Of a DNA stretch of 34,765 nt, positions 18,410-27,387 are shown one piece after another. The translations under genes were made by a program, and so were the position numbers. The notes beneath the pieces are model-generated. The model did no database searches. It was not told where the DNA came from and saw only the letters and a list, made by a program, of their open reading frames with translations. The first letter of the stretch is position 1. Each line of letters opens with the position of its first letter. The stretch is taken from sequence record SRR31156797_39060, one strand, 5' to 3'.

Positions 18410-18586
18410 AAAAGGATTTACACTGGGAGTATAAACAAAAGTCGTTAAGTGAGTGTGGACAAACGTCTCTTTGTTGCCCCACCGAGATGACGTGATGTAG
18501 ATTATGTGGGTCATATTACGGTTTTATGGCGACTTGTTTACATTTGTATTTATGCTCCACTTTATAATTAAGCTTGATGGGCTTAA

Positions 18587-19012
18587 TTAAGCGATTTTGA
18601 CACCATTCGCTGTTACCGAAACGTCAATGTTGCCGCGTGTTGCGTTTGAGTAAGGGCATACCTGATGTGCTACTTTTACTAGCTCTACCGCTTGTTCTTC
18701 AGTTAGTTCTAACTGGGCATCTAAGCTTACTGTTAACGCAAAACCGCCCGCTTCGTTTGGACCTATCCCCACTTCAGCTGTTACTGGAGCAGATTTCAGT
18801 GCCACCTTGGCTTCACGAGCAACGTGAAGAATTGCGTTAGAAAAACACGCTGAATAACCAGCAGCAAAAAGCTGTTCAGGGTTCGTGGCCGTACCGTTGC
18901 CACCCATCTCTTTAGGGTAGCTTAAATCAACCGATAGTAGACCATCGTCAGTTGCGACTTTGCCGTTACGACCTGCTAGTGCTGTTGCTTTAGTGGTATA
19001 GATAGTTGCCAT
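18587..19012 (-). CDS. ohrA: Organic hydroperoxide resistance protein
   Basis: TNPEQLFAAGYSACF and AHQVCPYSNATRGN motifs. Confidence 0.97.
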   Translation of the reverse strand: MATIYTTKATALAGRNGKVATDDGLLSVDLSYPKEMGGNGTATNPEQLFAAGYSACFSNAILHVAREAKVALKSAPVTAEVGIGPNEAGGFALTVSLDAQLELTEEQAVELVKVAHQVCPYSNATRGNIDVSVTANGVKIA

Positions 19013-19032
19013 AGTATTCACCTTTAATTTAA

Positions 19033-19103
19033 GTTGTGTGCAATCTAATTGTTTGCAATATTAAATCGATCTTTGAGTTGAATGCAAGTATATTGTGCAC
19101 AAT
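19033..19103. promoter_or_regulatory. Probable OhrR operators
   Basis: Three (A/G)TTG-N4-CAAT inverted repeats (19033, 19048, 19092) between divergent ohrA and ohrR. Confidence 0.65.
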
Positions 19104-19117
19104 TTATTTTTGTGAGA

Positions 19118-19591
19118 ATGAAAATGACACTGTGTAACAATCAAAATGAGCTGGATTCGATTCCTAAAGAAGAGTTACTACTTCTGGACAGACAGCTCTG
19201 TTTTCCTCTGTATAGTGCTGCGAATGCCGTTGTTAGAGCTTACCGCCCTTTATTGGATGAGTTAGATCTCACTTATGCTCAGTACCTAGTGATGATGGTG
19301 CTTTGGCAGACGAACGGTATCAGTGTTAAAGCGCTTGGTGAACGGCTGTATTTGGATTCTGGAACCCTCACTCCATTACTTAAACGCCTCGAAGCAAAAG
19401 GCATTGTAGAAAGAAAGCGCAGTTTAACGGATGAACGAGTGAGAGAGTTGTATTTAACACAGCAAGGTGCAGCGCTAAAAGAGCAGGCTCTATCGGTCCC
19501 TAACGCCATGGTATGCAAGCTCAATTTGGAGCTGGATGAACTCATCACACTTAAATCTATTTGTGAAAAGGTTATTAATAAGTTGTCCTAA
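19118..19591 (+). CDS. ohrR: MarR family organic peroxide sensor OhrR (alternative start 19124)
   Basis: QLCFPLY sensing Cys, LDSGTLTPLLKRLE, and additional C-terminal Cys residues (2-Cys type); divergent from ohrA. Confidence 0.93.
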   Translation: MKMTLCNNQNELDSIPKEELLLLDRQLCFPLYSAANAVVRAYRPLLDELDLTYAQYLVMMVLWQTNGISVKALGERLYLDSGTLTPLLKRLEAKGIVERKRSLTDERVRELYLTQQGAALKEQALSVPNAMVCKLNLELDELITLKSICEKVINKLS

Positions 19592-19715
19592 GCGGTTAAA
19601 TCGATCGGTTTTACTTGGGCATATCCCTCAAAACTTAGCATTGAAATCTCAATTTACTTGTTGATTTTATAGGGTAAGTTACACTTTGCGTTCAGTTAGT
19701 ATTCAAGGAAGAATT

Positions 19716-20330
19716 ATGAACTCAGTTCGTTTCGAGCAACAAAGCATCTACCCAACAAAAGTGGTTTGCGTTGGGCGTAATTACGTAGAACATATTAAAG
19801 AGTTAGATAACGCGATACCGGATCAAATGGTGGTGTTTAATAAGCCCAACAGCAGTATCACATCGACTCTGCACTCGTACCACGAAGAAACGCTTCATTA
19901 CGAAACAGAAATCTGCTTTTTAATTAAAGATGGCCAATATTCCGCTGTAGGGTTGGGATTAGATCTGACGAAACGTGAATTGCAATCCAAACTTAAGAGC
20001 CAAGGCTTACCTTGGGAGCGTGCAAAAGGCTTTGACGGCTCTGCGGTGTTTAGTCGCTTTGTGCCATTAGATGGATTAGATATCAATGATCTACAGCTTG
20101 AACTGCTCATTAACTGCGTGCGCGTTCAGCGAGGTGGTGTTCAGCAGATGATGTACAAGCCAGAGGTGATTATGCAAGAGCTGAAATCGTACACCACGAT
20201 GATGGATGGCGATATTGTTATGACGGGTACACCACAAGGCGTGGGTGAGGTGCATCGTGGCGATGTATTTTTAGGACGTCTTAAGTGCGGTGACAACACA
20301 CTGATTGAAATTGAGTGGCTGGCTGAATAA
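19716..20330 (+). CDS. Fumarylacetoacetate hydrolase family protein
   Basis: KVVCVGRNYVEH, HYETE, AKGFDGS and GDIVMTGTP motifs. Confidence 0.93.
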   Translation: MNSVRFEQQSIYPTKVVCVGRNYVEHIKELDNAIPDQMVVFNKPNSSITSTLHSYHEETLHYETEICFLIKDGQYSAVGLGLDLTKRELQSKLKSQGLPWERAKGFDGSAVFSRFVPLDGLDINDLQLELLINCVRVQRGGVQQMMYKPEVIMQELKSYTTMMDGDIVMTGTPQGVGEVHRGDVFLGRLKCGDNTLIEIEWLAE

Positions 20331-20353
20331 GCCAGCTCTATAAGAATTCGCAG

Positions 20354-20671
20354 TTAAGCCCACACCACTAAGTTCAGAATGAGAAATACCGCCATACTGA
20401 TCACCGTGGTTAACAGCACATTCTTGGTCTTCCAAGCAATCACTCCCGCCAGTGCTGCAGCCCATAAGTATGGATTACTACTGCTGACAGTTAAGCTGCT
20501 ATCGTGAGTGAAAACAATCGGTGCCCAAATTGCGGTGAGGACCGCTGGGCTGGAATAACTGAGTAGCCGTTGTACCGCAGGGCTCAAGCGTAAAGGTAGC
20601 TTGGGCTCTAAAAATAGGTAGCGACTGAGAAATACCAGACCGGTCATCGCGAAGATAGAAAGTAAAATCAT
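20354..20671 (-). CDS. azlD: AzlD family branched-chain amino acid exporter small subunit
   Basis: Small hydrophobic protein with SPAVLTAI motif; overlaps azlC by 4 nt. Confidence 0.85.
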   Translation of the reverse strand: MILLSIFAMTGLVFLSRYLFLEPKLPLRLSPAVQRLLSYSSPAVLTAIWAPIVFTHDSSLTVSSSNPYLWAAALAGVIAWKTKNVLLTTVISMAVFLILNLVVWA

Positions 20672-21390
20672 GCCTTTCCTCCTAACGCCAGTTCAGTGGC
20701 ATATCCAGCCAACATCGCGCCAATACTGGCGTACATTAAGCTTCCTTCCACATTTAATACGGTCAGTGTTACTGAAAGTACCAGCGCCACAATGACAGAG
20801 ACCAGTATGGGTACACTTTTGATATTGGGTACCACAATGGCAATAAATGTAGCGGCGACAGCGAAGTCTAGACCAATACTGTTAAGGGATGGAATGTAAC
20901 TGCCTGCGACAATGCCAACCACAGTGGCAAGATTCCATATCAGATAAAAGCTTAATCCCGCTCCCAATGCATACCAGCGGTTAAACTGCTTTTCACTTTG
21001 TTGACCACACAAAGCAAACAGTTCGTCGGTAAGAAGAAAGCCGAGCGCTAGCCGCCATCGGGTTGGCAATGGGCTGATCTTAGTTCGCATTGAAACGCTG
21101 TAGAGCAAGTGTCTTGAAGTTATGAAAAACGTCGTGATCAACATAGTGACTAAACCAGCTCCGGCTTTAATCATTCCAGTGGCGACTAACTGGGCAGAGC
21201 CGGCAAACAAAATGGCGGATAGTGCCTGACTCTCTAACGGTGTTAAACCGGCTTCAATGGCAAAAGAACCTGCGAGAAGTCCCCAGGGCAGTACGGCAAT
21301 ACTGAGAGGCAGCATAGCAATGGTGCCTTGCCAAAACAGGCGGGTTTTGGATTCAATGGGGCTGTTGTTGGACATGGCCGTACTATCCAT
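20668..21390 (-). CDS. azlC: AzlC family branched-chain amino acid exporter
   Basis: FAGSAQL, RHLLYS and LTDELFA motifs. Confidence 0.92.
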   Translation of the reverse strand: MDSTAMSNNSPIESKTRLFWQGTIAMLPLSIAVLPWGLLAGSFAIEAGLTPLESQALSAILFAGSAQLVATGMIKAGAGLVTMLITTFFITSRHLLYSVSMRTKISPLPTRWRLALGFLLTDELFALCGQQSEKQFNRWYALGAGLSFYLIWNLATVVGIVAGSYIPSLNSIGLDFAVAATFIAIVVPNIKSVPILVSVIVALVLSVTLTVLNVEGSLMYASIGAMLAGYATELALGGKA

Positions 21391-21419
21391 AAATCGTCCT
21401 TAATGGAAATAGAAACGTA

Positions 21420-21442
21420 AATAGGCACTTCATGTGCCTATT
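21420..21442 (-). terminator. Hairpin after the MscS gene, probable terminator
   Basis: AATAGGCAC-ttcat-GTGCCTATT. Confidence 0.55.
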
Positions 21443-21458
21443 CGTTAGTTGAGCAGGT

Positions 21459-22544
21459 TTACTGTTTCGGCTGGAAAACCTGACCTTCTTCTGGTTGTAT
21501 CATCAACGTCCGAGTAGGGAAAGCCACATCAGCACCGTTTTGATGAATAATATCCATCACTTGTAGCATGACATCTTGCTTAACTTCATGGAATCGAACC
21601 CAGTTGACCGTTTCGGTGAAGGTATAGATGAAAAAGTCGAGTGATGATGCACCGAATGAGTTGAAGTTGACAATCAGTGTTTGTTTCCCATCAATATCTT
21701 TATGATTTTTCAGCATCTCTTTCACTTGTTCAACGATAACCGCTATTTTGTCGGCATCCTGATAACGAAGCCCTATGGTTTCGTAGATGCGACGGTTTTT
21801 CATGCGTGATGGGTTTTCTACGATGATGTTACTGAACACAGAGTTTGGTACGTATAACGGTCTTTTATCAAAAGTACGAATGATGGTCATTCGCCAACCG
21901 ATTCTTTCAACCGTACCTTCGATTTCACGGTCTGGAGAGCGAATCCATTCACCGACTTTAAATGGTCGGTCGAAGTAGATCATTAAACCGCCAAAAAAGT
22001 TTGATAGGAGATCTTTCGCGGCCAAACCGACGATTAAACCACCGACACCACCAAAGGTAAGCAAGCCTCTTAAGCTTACGCCAAAGGTCTGCATCGCGGT
22101 GAGTAAGCCTAGGCTGATAATAATTAGCCGCGAAACCTTACCGATAGCTTGTACTGTGGTCTCATCGTGTTTATTGGCTTTGAGAATGTAGTGTTCAATG
22201 TTGTTGGCCAGACGGATAAGAATCCAAATAAATACGGTTGCCAGCATCAGCTTCTTGCTGGTTTCAAACCAGTTAAATTTATTCTGAATGTTTTCTTCTA
22301 GGATGAGCCCTAAGGATATCGTCGCCGGCCAACACCAAATCAGAGTACTAATCGGGGTTTTTAACGCATGAAGAATTAAGTCGTCCCAGTGGAACGGAGT
22401 TTTTTCACTTAGAATTGATAATCGGTTGTAGACAAAACGCCATAATACCCAAGCAACTAAGCTGGCTAACGTGATAAACAGGACACTGTTATTCCAGTTT
22501 TTGAAATACGGTGAGGTTTGAATTTCCGTGAGTAATTCGTTCAT
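21459..22544 (-). CDS. MscS family mechanosensitive channel (YnaI-like)
   Basis: GLAAKDLLSNFFGG, DRPFKVGEWI, YVPNS and AFPT motifs. Confidence 0.93.
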   Translation of the reverse strand: MNELLTEIQTSPYFKNWNNSVLFITLASLVAWVLWRFVYNRLSILSEKTPFHWDDLILHALKTPISTLIWCWPATISLGLILEENIQNKFNWFETSKKLMLATVFIWILIRLANNIEHYILKANKHDETTVQAIGKVSRLIIISLGLLTAMQTFGVSLRGLLTFGGVGGLIVGLAAKDLLSNFFGGLMIYFDRPFKVGEWIRSPDREIEGTVERIGWRMTIIRTFDKRPLYVPNSVFSNIIVENPSRMKNRRIYETIGLRYQDADKIAVIVEQVKEMLKNHKDIDGKQTLIVNFNSFGASSLDFFIYTFTETVNWVRFHEVKQDVMLQVMDIIHQNGADVAFPTRTLMIQPEEGQVFQPKQ

Positions 22545-22799
22545 ATCAATCCAATATAAACTCAAGCTCGCATCTGGTGCGAATGATGAGCTGTGTTCAA
22601 GAAACGTAATTGGGAATTGTGCTTCATTACGAAGTCTATGATTCCAATTTTCTGCGTCCAAACTAACAAAAAATTCTTATATTCTCTACATAAGTGGCGA
22701 ATTTCTAACAGCATTCTAAGCTAATTAAAATAGCAGTGAATACTCAACCAGTTGCTTTGAGGTTGTAAAACAAAAGCATTTTAAGAACAAGGCATAATA

Positions 22800-23462
22800 A
22801 TGAAAATAAGAGATAAGCAGTTTGCAGTTATAGGTTTGGGTCGGTTTGGCTTATCGGTTTGTCAGGAGTTAGTGGATTCCGGTGCTCAAGTGCTAGCGAT
22901 TGATGTTAATGAAGATAAAGTAAAAGCGGTTGCCCAGTTTGTTACTCAGGCGATTGTGGCTAATTGCTCGATAGAAGAGACGGCTACTGAGTTGAAGCTC
23001 AGTGATTATGACATGGTGATGGTGTCCATTGGTGAAGATGTGAATGCCTCAATACTGACTACATTGGTGATGAAAGAGTCAGGCGTTAAGTCTGTCTGGG
23101 TTAAGGCGAACGATAAGTTTCATGCCAAGATCTTACAAAAAATAGGAGCAGACCACGTTATCATGCCTGAGCGAGATATGGGCGTACGTGTCGCGCGGAA
23201 AATGCTCGATAAAAGAGTTTTAGAATTCCAAGAACTGGGTAGTAATTTAGCGATGACGGAAGTGGTGATAGGCTCTCGATTAATGGGAAAAACGCTCGGT
23301 GAGTTAAGCCTTTGTCAAACGGAAGACATTCAAGTGCTAGGATTTAAACGAGGCCCAGAAATTGTTAAAGACCCAGCCACCGATAAGGTACTTGAGATCG
23401 GTGATGTGTTAATTGTTGCTGGCGTTAAAGATACGCTGATGGCTAAGTTAAAATCACTATGA
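22800..23462 (+). CDS. ktrA: Ktr potassium uptake RCK subunit
   Basis: FAVIGLGRFG and PERDMG motifs. Confidence 0.92.
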   Translation: MKIRDKQFAVIGLGRFGLSVCQELVDSGAQVLAIDVNEDKVKAVAQFVTQAIVANCSIEETATELKLSDYDMVMVSIGEDVNASILTTLVMKESGVKSVWVKANDKFHAKILQKIGADHVIMPERDMGVRVARKMLDKRVLEFQELGSNLAMTEVVIGSRLMGKTLGELSLCQTEDIQVLGFKRGPEIVKDPATDKVLEIGDVLIVAGVKDTLMAKLKSL

Positions 23463-24823
23463 GCCCATTTCGCAGCGGAGTTTTCTATCCATTAGAAAAA
23501 GATAATGTTCATAAAAAGAACTCAGAGCCGAAGATCATTCTGCTGAGTTTCTTGTGGGTGTTAATTCCTTCAGCCATTTTGCTTACCTTACCGGTTTTTT
23601 CCGTCTCGGGGCTGAGTTTCTCTGATGCCCTGTTTACGGCAACGTCTGCAATTAGTGTAACCGGTTTGGGGGTTGTTGATACTGGTGAGCATTTTACTCT
23701 GGCAGGCAAAATCTTACTGATGGCGCTGATGCAAATTGGTGGCTTAGGGCAAATGACATTATCTGCGGTATTGCTATACCTGTTTGGGGTGAGACTCAGC
23801 CTTAATCAACAAGCGTTAGCCAAAGAAGCATTAGGCCAGGAGAGATCAATCAATTTAAGAAAGCTGGTGGTGAAAATCATTACCTTCGCTCTGGTGACAG
23901 AGCTGATTGGATTTATTTTTCTGTCGTTTCGATGGGTTCCTGAGTTTGGATGGTCAACGGGGTTGTTTTACGCCATGTTCCATTCAATATCGGCATTCAA
24001 CAATGCGGGTTTTTCTCTGTTTTCAGATAGCTTAGTTGGCTACGTAGGTGACCCTCTGGTTATTTTCACCCTTGCCGGATTGTTTATCTTCGGTGGTTTA
24101 GGTTTTACCGTGGTAGGCGATGTGTGGACAAATTGGCATTTAGGTTGGCAGCGGCTGCGCCTTCATACCAAGATTATGCTTACGGCAACGCCGACCTTAT
24201 TGTTGGTGGGAACATTGTTATTTTGGTTACTCGAACGCCATAACCCGAACACCATGCAGTCGCTTGATACCGGTTCACAATGGTTGGCGGCATTTTTCCA
24301 GTCTGCAAGTGCTCGAACCGCGGGATTTAATAGTATTGATCTTGCCCAGTTTAGTCAGCCAGCTCTGTTGGTGATGATCATTTTGATGTTGATTGGTGCC
24401 GGGTCTACTTCAACGGGTGGTGGTATTAAAGTCTCGACTTTCGCGGTGGCTTTTGTTGCCACTTGGGCTTTTTTACGTCAGAAAAAACATGTGGTGATGT
24501 TCAGACGTACGGTGAACTGGTCGACAGTGACGAAAGCGCTCGCAATTATCGTGGTGAGTGGGGCATTGCTTACCCTATCGATGTTTCTGTTGATGCTGAC
24601 AGAGAAAGCACCGTTTGAACGGATACTGTTTGAAACGATCTCAGCTTTCGCGACGGTGGGATTGACCACGGGTCTGACCGCGGAATTATCAGAAGTAGGA
24701 AAATATATCATGGTGGTGGTGATGATTATTGGCCGTATTGGACCGTTAACCTTGGCTTATATGCTCGCCAGGCCAAAACCGACATTGCTCAAATATCCAG
24801 AAGATACGGTGTTGACGGGTTAA
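23459..24823 (+). CDS. ktrB: Ktr potassium uptake membrane subunit
   Basis: Four pore loops (SVTGL, NNAGF, RTAGF, ATVGL) plus STGGGIK and GRIG motifs. Confidence 0.93.
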   Translation: MSPFRSGVFYPLEKDNVHKKNSEPKIILLSFLWVLIPSAILLTLPVFSVSGLSFSDALFTATSAISVTGLGVVDTGEHFTLAGKILLMALMQIGGLGQMTLSAVLLYLFGVRLSLNQQALAKEALGQERSINLRKLVVKIITFALVTELIGFIFLSFRWVPEFGWSTGLFYAMFHSISAFNNAGFSLFSDSLVGYVGDPLVIFTLAGLFIFGGLGFTVVGDVWTNWHLGWQRLRLHTKIMLTATPTLLLVGTLLFWLLERHNPNTMQSLDTGSQWLAAFFQSASARTAGFNSIDLAQFSQPALLVMIILMLIGAGSTSTGGGIKVSTFAVAFVATWAFLRQKKHVVMFRRTVNWSTVTKALAIIVVSGALLTLSMFLLMLTEKAPFERILFETISAFATVGLTTGLTAELSEVGKYIMVVVMIIGRIGPLTLAYMLARPKPTLLKYPEDTVLTG

Positions 24824-24865
24824 TGAGGTAATGAGGAAGAGTGGGCTTCTGTCAGTGTCACAGTG

Positions 24866-25303
24866 TTACTCTCCGGTAAAATGCTGTGACAGCGCATTTC
24901 TGCGTAGCTCAGAAGTGCGCCCATCACTGGAAACCGTATCTTCGTAACCTTCTTTAATAAAACGCTGTGCAGGTGAAACAGGTTCTATTCTTTTCAGTTG
25001 TGGTGATTTTTCAGTGCCTGAAATCATATAGACGGAAAGACCGCTCCCTGTTTCAACTTTAATTTTTTTCCCATCATACTCAAAGTTAGTACTCACCAGA
25101 CGATGGTTGCGGAATACGCCTTGTTCATTCAGTGTTAATACTTCGGTGTGGTAGTTTGGGGCGTTAATTTCTATCCATGAACCGTACACCTGAGTTGGAC
25201 TGGTATACGACTGGTAGCCAAAGAAAATCAGTGCACCGAAGGCGAGAGCGGTCACACCGAGCCCAAATGCAAATACAGATTTCAATAAATTGTGATTAGG
25301 CAT
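24866..25303 (-). CDS. Membrane-anchored protein, DUF2850-like
   Basis: N-terminal TM segment; VYGSWIE...GVFRNHRLVST motif typical of this Vibrio family. Confidence 0.65.
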   Translation of the reverse strand: MPNHNLLKSVFAFGLGVTALAFGALIFFGYQSYTSPTQVYGSWIEINAPNYHTEVLTLNEQGVFRNHRLVSTNFEYDGKKIKVETGSGLSVYMISGTEKSPQLKRIEPVSPAQRFIKEGYEDTVSSDGRTSELRRNALSQHFTGE

Positions 25304-25633
25304 GCTGAAATAACTCTTACTTCTTGTTCATCCAGATTTTGTCTATGTCATGAAGCGGTCAGGCTGGTGTCAGCGTTATGTTTGTTTGATTGTGACAGTT
25401 AAGGCTGTCGTATTGGTTGTCAAAGTGCAAGTAAGGTACAAGAAAACATGATCCTTTGCGCAAAGTTGACTAAATAGTGTACTTTACCATTGTGCTTGAA
25501 AACAACTATGGTTCTCGAATGTAAAACACCGAAAGTTAGGCTTTTAGGTATTGAGTCAAAGAATGTTATGCGTTAAAACAATACGCTGACCTTTGCGATA
25601 GCAGGCAGTAACTAAAATTTTTAAGGAAGAACG

Positions 25634-25915
25634 ATGATTAAGGAAAATACATATTTTGAAGGCGGTGTTAAGTCTTTAGGTTTTACCCAACAAGATGGTG
25701 ATAGCTCGGTTGGTGTTATGGCCCCTGGGACGTATACATTCAGTACTGCGAATCCGGAGTGTATGACAGTAGTAAAAGGTGCTTTAACGATTAAACGTAT
25801 CGGTGATGATGATTGGCAAACTTTCAACGCTGGTGATGCGTTTGAAGTGGCAGGCAATTCGTCTTTTGATGTGAAGGTTGCCGAAGCAACCGCTTATCTG
25901 TGCGAATACCTATAA
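25634..25915 (+). CDS. ppnP: Pyrimidine/purine nucleoside phosphorylase (DUF1255)
   Basis: NTYFEGGVKS, SVGVM.PG.Y.F.T and YLCEY motifs. Confidence 0.93.
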   Translation: MIKENTYFEGGVKSLGFTQQDGDSSVGVMAPGTYTFSTANPECMTVVKGALTIKRIGDDDWQTFNAGDAFEVAGNSSFDVKVAEATAYLCEYL

Positions 25916-25928
25916 GCATTATCAGAAT

Positions 25929-25963
25929 AAAAAAACCACACTAGTGATATACCTAGTGTGGTT
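25929..25963 (-). terminator. Terminator between convergent ppnP and pirin genes
   Basis: AACCACACTAG-8nt-CTAGTGTGGTT with an A-run on the left. Confidence 0.7.
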
Positions 25964-26053
25964 AAACAAAAAAGGGAATGGCAGTGGACTATTCACCTTG
26001 TACATTTAAAACAGTTAAAAATTAAAATGAGTAAGTTGAACAACGGTGCTCAT

Positions 26054-26902
26054 TTAATAGGTTTCAAACAAACCAGAGTTGTAGTCACTGACCGCTTGTT
26101 CAATCTCTTCAATGCTATTCATCACAAACGGACCGTAATGCACGACCGGCTCATCAATAGGTTGGCCAGTAAAAATTAATGTACCGCTGGTATCGTTTGC
26201 CACTAAATCAATCGTCTCACCATTCGATAGGAACGCGAACTCGCCTTGCATCATGGTTTTACCACTCACACTGATACTGCCTTTGTAGACATACAGCATC
26301 GCATTATGGCTGTTTTCAGTGGTCAATGTGACTGAACTGCCAGGCATCGTTTGCCAATCTGCGACGGTAGCCGGTACACCCGTTTGAGTGAGTGGCCCTT
26401 GCAGAGCTTCGTCATCTGCGATGATGTCACCCGCCAACACTCGTATCAGGCCCATTTTTTCACTTCGTGCTTCAGTGATGGTTTCAGGCTGAAAGTCGTG
26501 ATATTGAGCTGGTTTCATTTTGTCTCGAGCGGGTTGATTGATCCAAATTTGGAATCCATGCAACTGTCCGTCTTCCATAATAGGCATTTCACTATGAATA
26601 ACGCCTTGTCCGGCAGCCATCCACTGTGCGCCCCCACTGCGCAGTTCACCCACGTTCCCCATATGATCTTTGTGCTGAAAGTGGCCTTGCAACATATAGG
26701 TTAGGGTCTCAATACCACGGTGAGGGTGGGGAGGAAATCCACCCACATAGTCTGCGCGTTGGTCTGACTTAAGTTCATCCATCATCAAGAACGGTGAGAA
26801 TTTTGCGTTATTAAACCCTGCAACGCGCTGAATTTTTACACCATCCCCATCGGATGTGGGTTGGGCTGGGACCAATTGTCTAATCTGGCGAACCGTATTC
26901 AT
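26054..26902 (-). CDS. Pirin family protein
   Basis: HPHRGIET, WMAAGQGVIHSE and GPFVMN motifs. Confidence 0.95.
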   Translation of the reverse strand: MNTVRQIRQLVPAQPTSDGDGVKIQRVAGFNNAKFSPFLMMDELKSDQRADYVGGFPPHPHRGIETLTYMLQGHFQHKDHMGNVGELRSGGAQWMAAGQGVIHSEMPIMEDGQLHGFQIWINQPARDKMKPAQYHDFQPETITEARSEKMGLIRVLAGDIIADDEALQGPLTQTGVPATVADWQTMPGSSVTLTTENSHNAMLYVYKGSISVSGKTMMQGEFAFLSNGETIDLVANDTSGTLIFTGQPIDEPVVHYGPFVMNSIEEIEQAVSDYNSGLFETY

Positions 26903-27090
26903 AAATTTTCTCCGTTGATGGAATATGCCCGAATTGTAGTAGAACGGTTGCCAAAGGAGGATAGGTAAGAACTGAGGATGTCATTCAATAAATTCGAATA
27001 ACCTGAGTGAAAAATGTTGTTACAGGTTGATCGGTAGTCAGAAAATGAGGTGGTCTATACTTAAAGAAGTAGAGTAACTCGGAGTGGAGT

Positions 27091-27387
27091 ATGGCTGTTT
27101 TACCTAAACATACAGACAGAAATCCTCGTTATGATCCGGATGATGATCTCACACTTGATCAACTGCACCGTTTTACCCGCGCGGCGAATAAGGCGCAAAA
27201 GAAGCGTGAAGTCATTGAGCAAAGTGATGCGCCATCGGTGATAGAGGTTGCGCGTCGTGCGCGTCGAGCTGCTATGAGAGGGGAGAAACAAGATCGTGTC
27301 AGTAAGAAAATGAGTTCTCAACGATACGCTGTTTGGATGGTTTGTATTGCGATAGTGGCTCTATGTGTCATGTATTTGAGCCCTTAG
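27091..27387 (+). CDS. Hypothetical tail-anchored membrane protein (98 aa)
   Basis: Strong RBS (GGAGTGGAG); basic soluble part followed by a C-terminal TM segment. Confidence 0.75.
   Translation: MAVLPKHTDRNPRYDPDDDLTLDQLHRFTRAANKAQKKREVIEQSDAPSVIEVARRARRAAMRGEKQDRVSKKMSSQRYAVWMVCIAIVALCVMYLSP

Noticed and set aside
18057-18448. ORFs 18057-18287 (+), 18098-18280 (-) and 18263-18448 (+)
   Set aside because: No convincing RBS. They run through the sigma54 promoter and/or terminator hairpins, and a non-coding explanation fits better.
25958-26179. 73-aa ORF after ppnP
   Set aside because: Starts within a terminator hairpin and overlaps the pirin gene antisense.
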